This document shows, one piece after another, positions 62,857 to 64,000 of a stretch of DNA of 64,000 bases. The translations under genes and the position numbers were made by a program. The stretch is taken from contig CBFIFY010000003.1 of the NCBI GenBank assembly GCA_965661985.1, positions 29,207 to 93,206 of the forward strand, given 5' to 3'. Under the pieces are notes generated by a model. It was not told the origin of the DNA. It searched no databases and saw nothing but the letters and a program-made list of their open reading frames with translations. Every line of letters starts with the position of its first letter. The first letter of the stretch is position 1. Source of the stretch: an uncultured Myxococcota bacterium (GTDB lineage: Bacteria; Myxococcota_A; UBA796).

Positions 62857-63915
62857 ATGAAAAATCAATCTGCTGTAGAACATTCACTGGTCGAAAATTC
62901 AAATGACCAACAGTCATCTGCTGGTGGCTCTTCTTTCGGTAGCAATGCGGCACAAGACCAATCCTTACAACAATGTGGGACGTCACTTGCAGACATCTTT
63001 GACTGCATCGCCAATGGACACATTCAAGAAGCCAAGTATTCCGCACATTATTTAGCGGAACAGGCGCGACGGCATCAGGACAACCAAACGACTCAATGGG
63101 CTGGAAAAATTTGGACCGTTGCCAATGCATTTTCAGATATTCAGTCGGCAATTTCTCAAGAAGTCATGGATGGTGTCAAAGAAAAGGCTTCGTTGATTGG
63201 CCAATTGACTCGAGAACTGATGGGCAGTGGTCACATCGCCAAAGAAACTGGTGATCGCATATTGAATAGTGCAGGTGGATATTGGAATGTGGCTGATAAA
63301 GAATCCAAATCCAACAAAGGTCAAAAAGAGAACACTGGCAACGCGAACGGTGCTGCAGCGGTCGCCATGAACAGTGAAACCGTTGAACAATATAAAATGC
63401 CCACAGGAAAGACAGGCGCGCACTGTGGGATTGCCACGACGCTGATGTTGCTTCAAGCCAATGGACAAGGGGACATGGGCGATGCCAATCAGTTGGTTTC
63501 AGAAATGTACATTTCGGGTGCTGGCACCGATGTAGATTTGATGGCGCGTTCTTTGCGAAAGCGCGGATTGGAAACAGCACAAGCGACGCGAACGGGTACC
63601 TTCGGACAGTTGATGGATACGCTTTCTACAGGTCAGCCCGTTCCTTTTGGAATTGCATTTTCAACAGGTGAAGTGGTCAAGATGAACAAAACCTTCTCTT
63701 CGTACTATGCCCATTATCAACCAGGAGACAGGCATTATCGAAAGTTTGGTCCTGCAGGTCATTGGGTCTTGGTGGTTGGCTTTGAAGGAAATGTGGACAA
63801 TCCCACTCATTTCATCTTCAATGATCCAGATGTTGGTGGACAGCTTCGAGCCACAAGAGCCGAATTAGAGCAAATGGGTGTGGGAAATGGTCAGTTCTAT
63901 CAGGTGACGCAATAG
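62857..63915 (+). CDS. hypothetical protein with C-terminal papain-fold (C39-like) cysteine peptidase-like domain; no signal peptide
   Basis: The N-terminal half is polar/low-complexity and helical. The C-terminal ~190 aa carries GAHCGIATTLMLL (Cys nucleophile context) and GHWVLVVGFEG...FIFNDP (His/Asp context). Confidence 0.6.
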   Translation: MKNQSAVEHSLVENSNDQQSSAGGSSFGSNAAQDQSLQQCGTSLADIFDCIANGHIQEAKYSAHYLAEQARRHQDNQTTQWAGKIWTVANAFSDIQSAISQEVMDGVKEKASLIGQLTRELMGSGHIAKETGDRILNSAGGYWNVADKESKSNKGQKENTGNANGAAAVAMNSETVEQYKMPTGKTGAHCGIATTLMLLQANGQGDMGDANQLVSEMYISGAGTDVDLMARSLRKRGLETAQATRTGTFGQLMDTLSTGQPVPFGIAFSTGEVVKMNKTFSSYYAHYQPGDRHYRKFGPAGHWVLVVGFEGNVDNPTHFIFNDPDVGGQLRATRAELEQMGVGNGQFYQVTQ

Positions 63916-64000
63916 AAATACAGGTGGGTCTTTATGACTGTAAACATGTATGAATTGCCTCGCTGAGCAACATGGGACATTCCAAATGTGGAGAGTGCCC

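Overview
This 64-kb window reads as a gene-dense chromosomal segment of a Gram-negative bacterium. I call 57 protein-coding genes. I found no rRNA gene, tRNA gene, CRISPR array or prophage. All product calls come from motif recognition in the supplied translations; no homology search was run, so treat family names as hypotheses graded by the confidence values. Start codons were moved off the longest ORF where a Shine-Dalgarno (SD) site, a lipobox or a neighbouring gene argued for it.

Housekeeping and recognisable genes include a ClpA/ClpC-like AAA+ unfoldase, a HelD-like helicase, selA, ygfZ, pilD, bpt, a CDF metal exporter, an ABC-2 exporter, an M23 peptidase, a class I/II aminotransferase, a crotonase, and an ArsR-rhodanese regulator next to a persulfide-dioxygenase-like MBL hydrolase.

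The window is unusually rich in exported lipoproteins of poorly characterised families. These include DUF1501, PSCyt/DUF1549/DUF1588-like haem proteins, CRTAC1 (FG-GAP plus ASPIC/UnbV) proteins, FGE/SUMF1-fold proteins, and proteins with myxobacterial Cys-rich repeats. That repertoire is typical of marine Myxococcota, Bdellovibrionota or Planctomycetota-like genomes, but this taxonomic hint is inference only.

The most interesting observations are:
1. Two paralogous, tightly coupled DUF1501/haem-protein operons (14.8-19.9 kb and 47.9-53.0 kb). They show a gene fission/fusion relationship, and the first is bracketed by two paralogs of an unrecognised Cys-motif lipoprotein family.
2. A CRTAC1-like protein whose stop overlaps the start of a penta-haem cytochrome, followed by an FGE-fold lipoprotein (57.3-61.5 kb).
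3. A eukaryote-like lipid toolkit of lipase, LPCAT-like acyltransferase and START domain protein (53.2-57.3 kb).
4. A non-coding repeat family (two tandem 193-bp units plus a third copy) bracketing a 3.3-kb segment that carries an Rpn-type nuclease/transposase gene and a repeat-rich FGE-fold gene.
5. A stand-alone SPASM/twitch-like Cys protein overlapping an ABC exporter operon.
6. A Clp-like ATPase with a dead D1 Walker B, flanked by an acidic-tailed protein and a DUF2835 protein.
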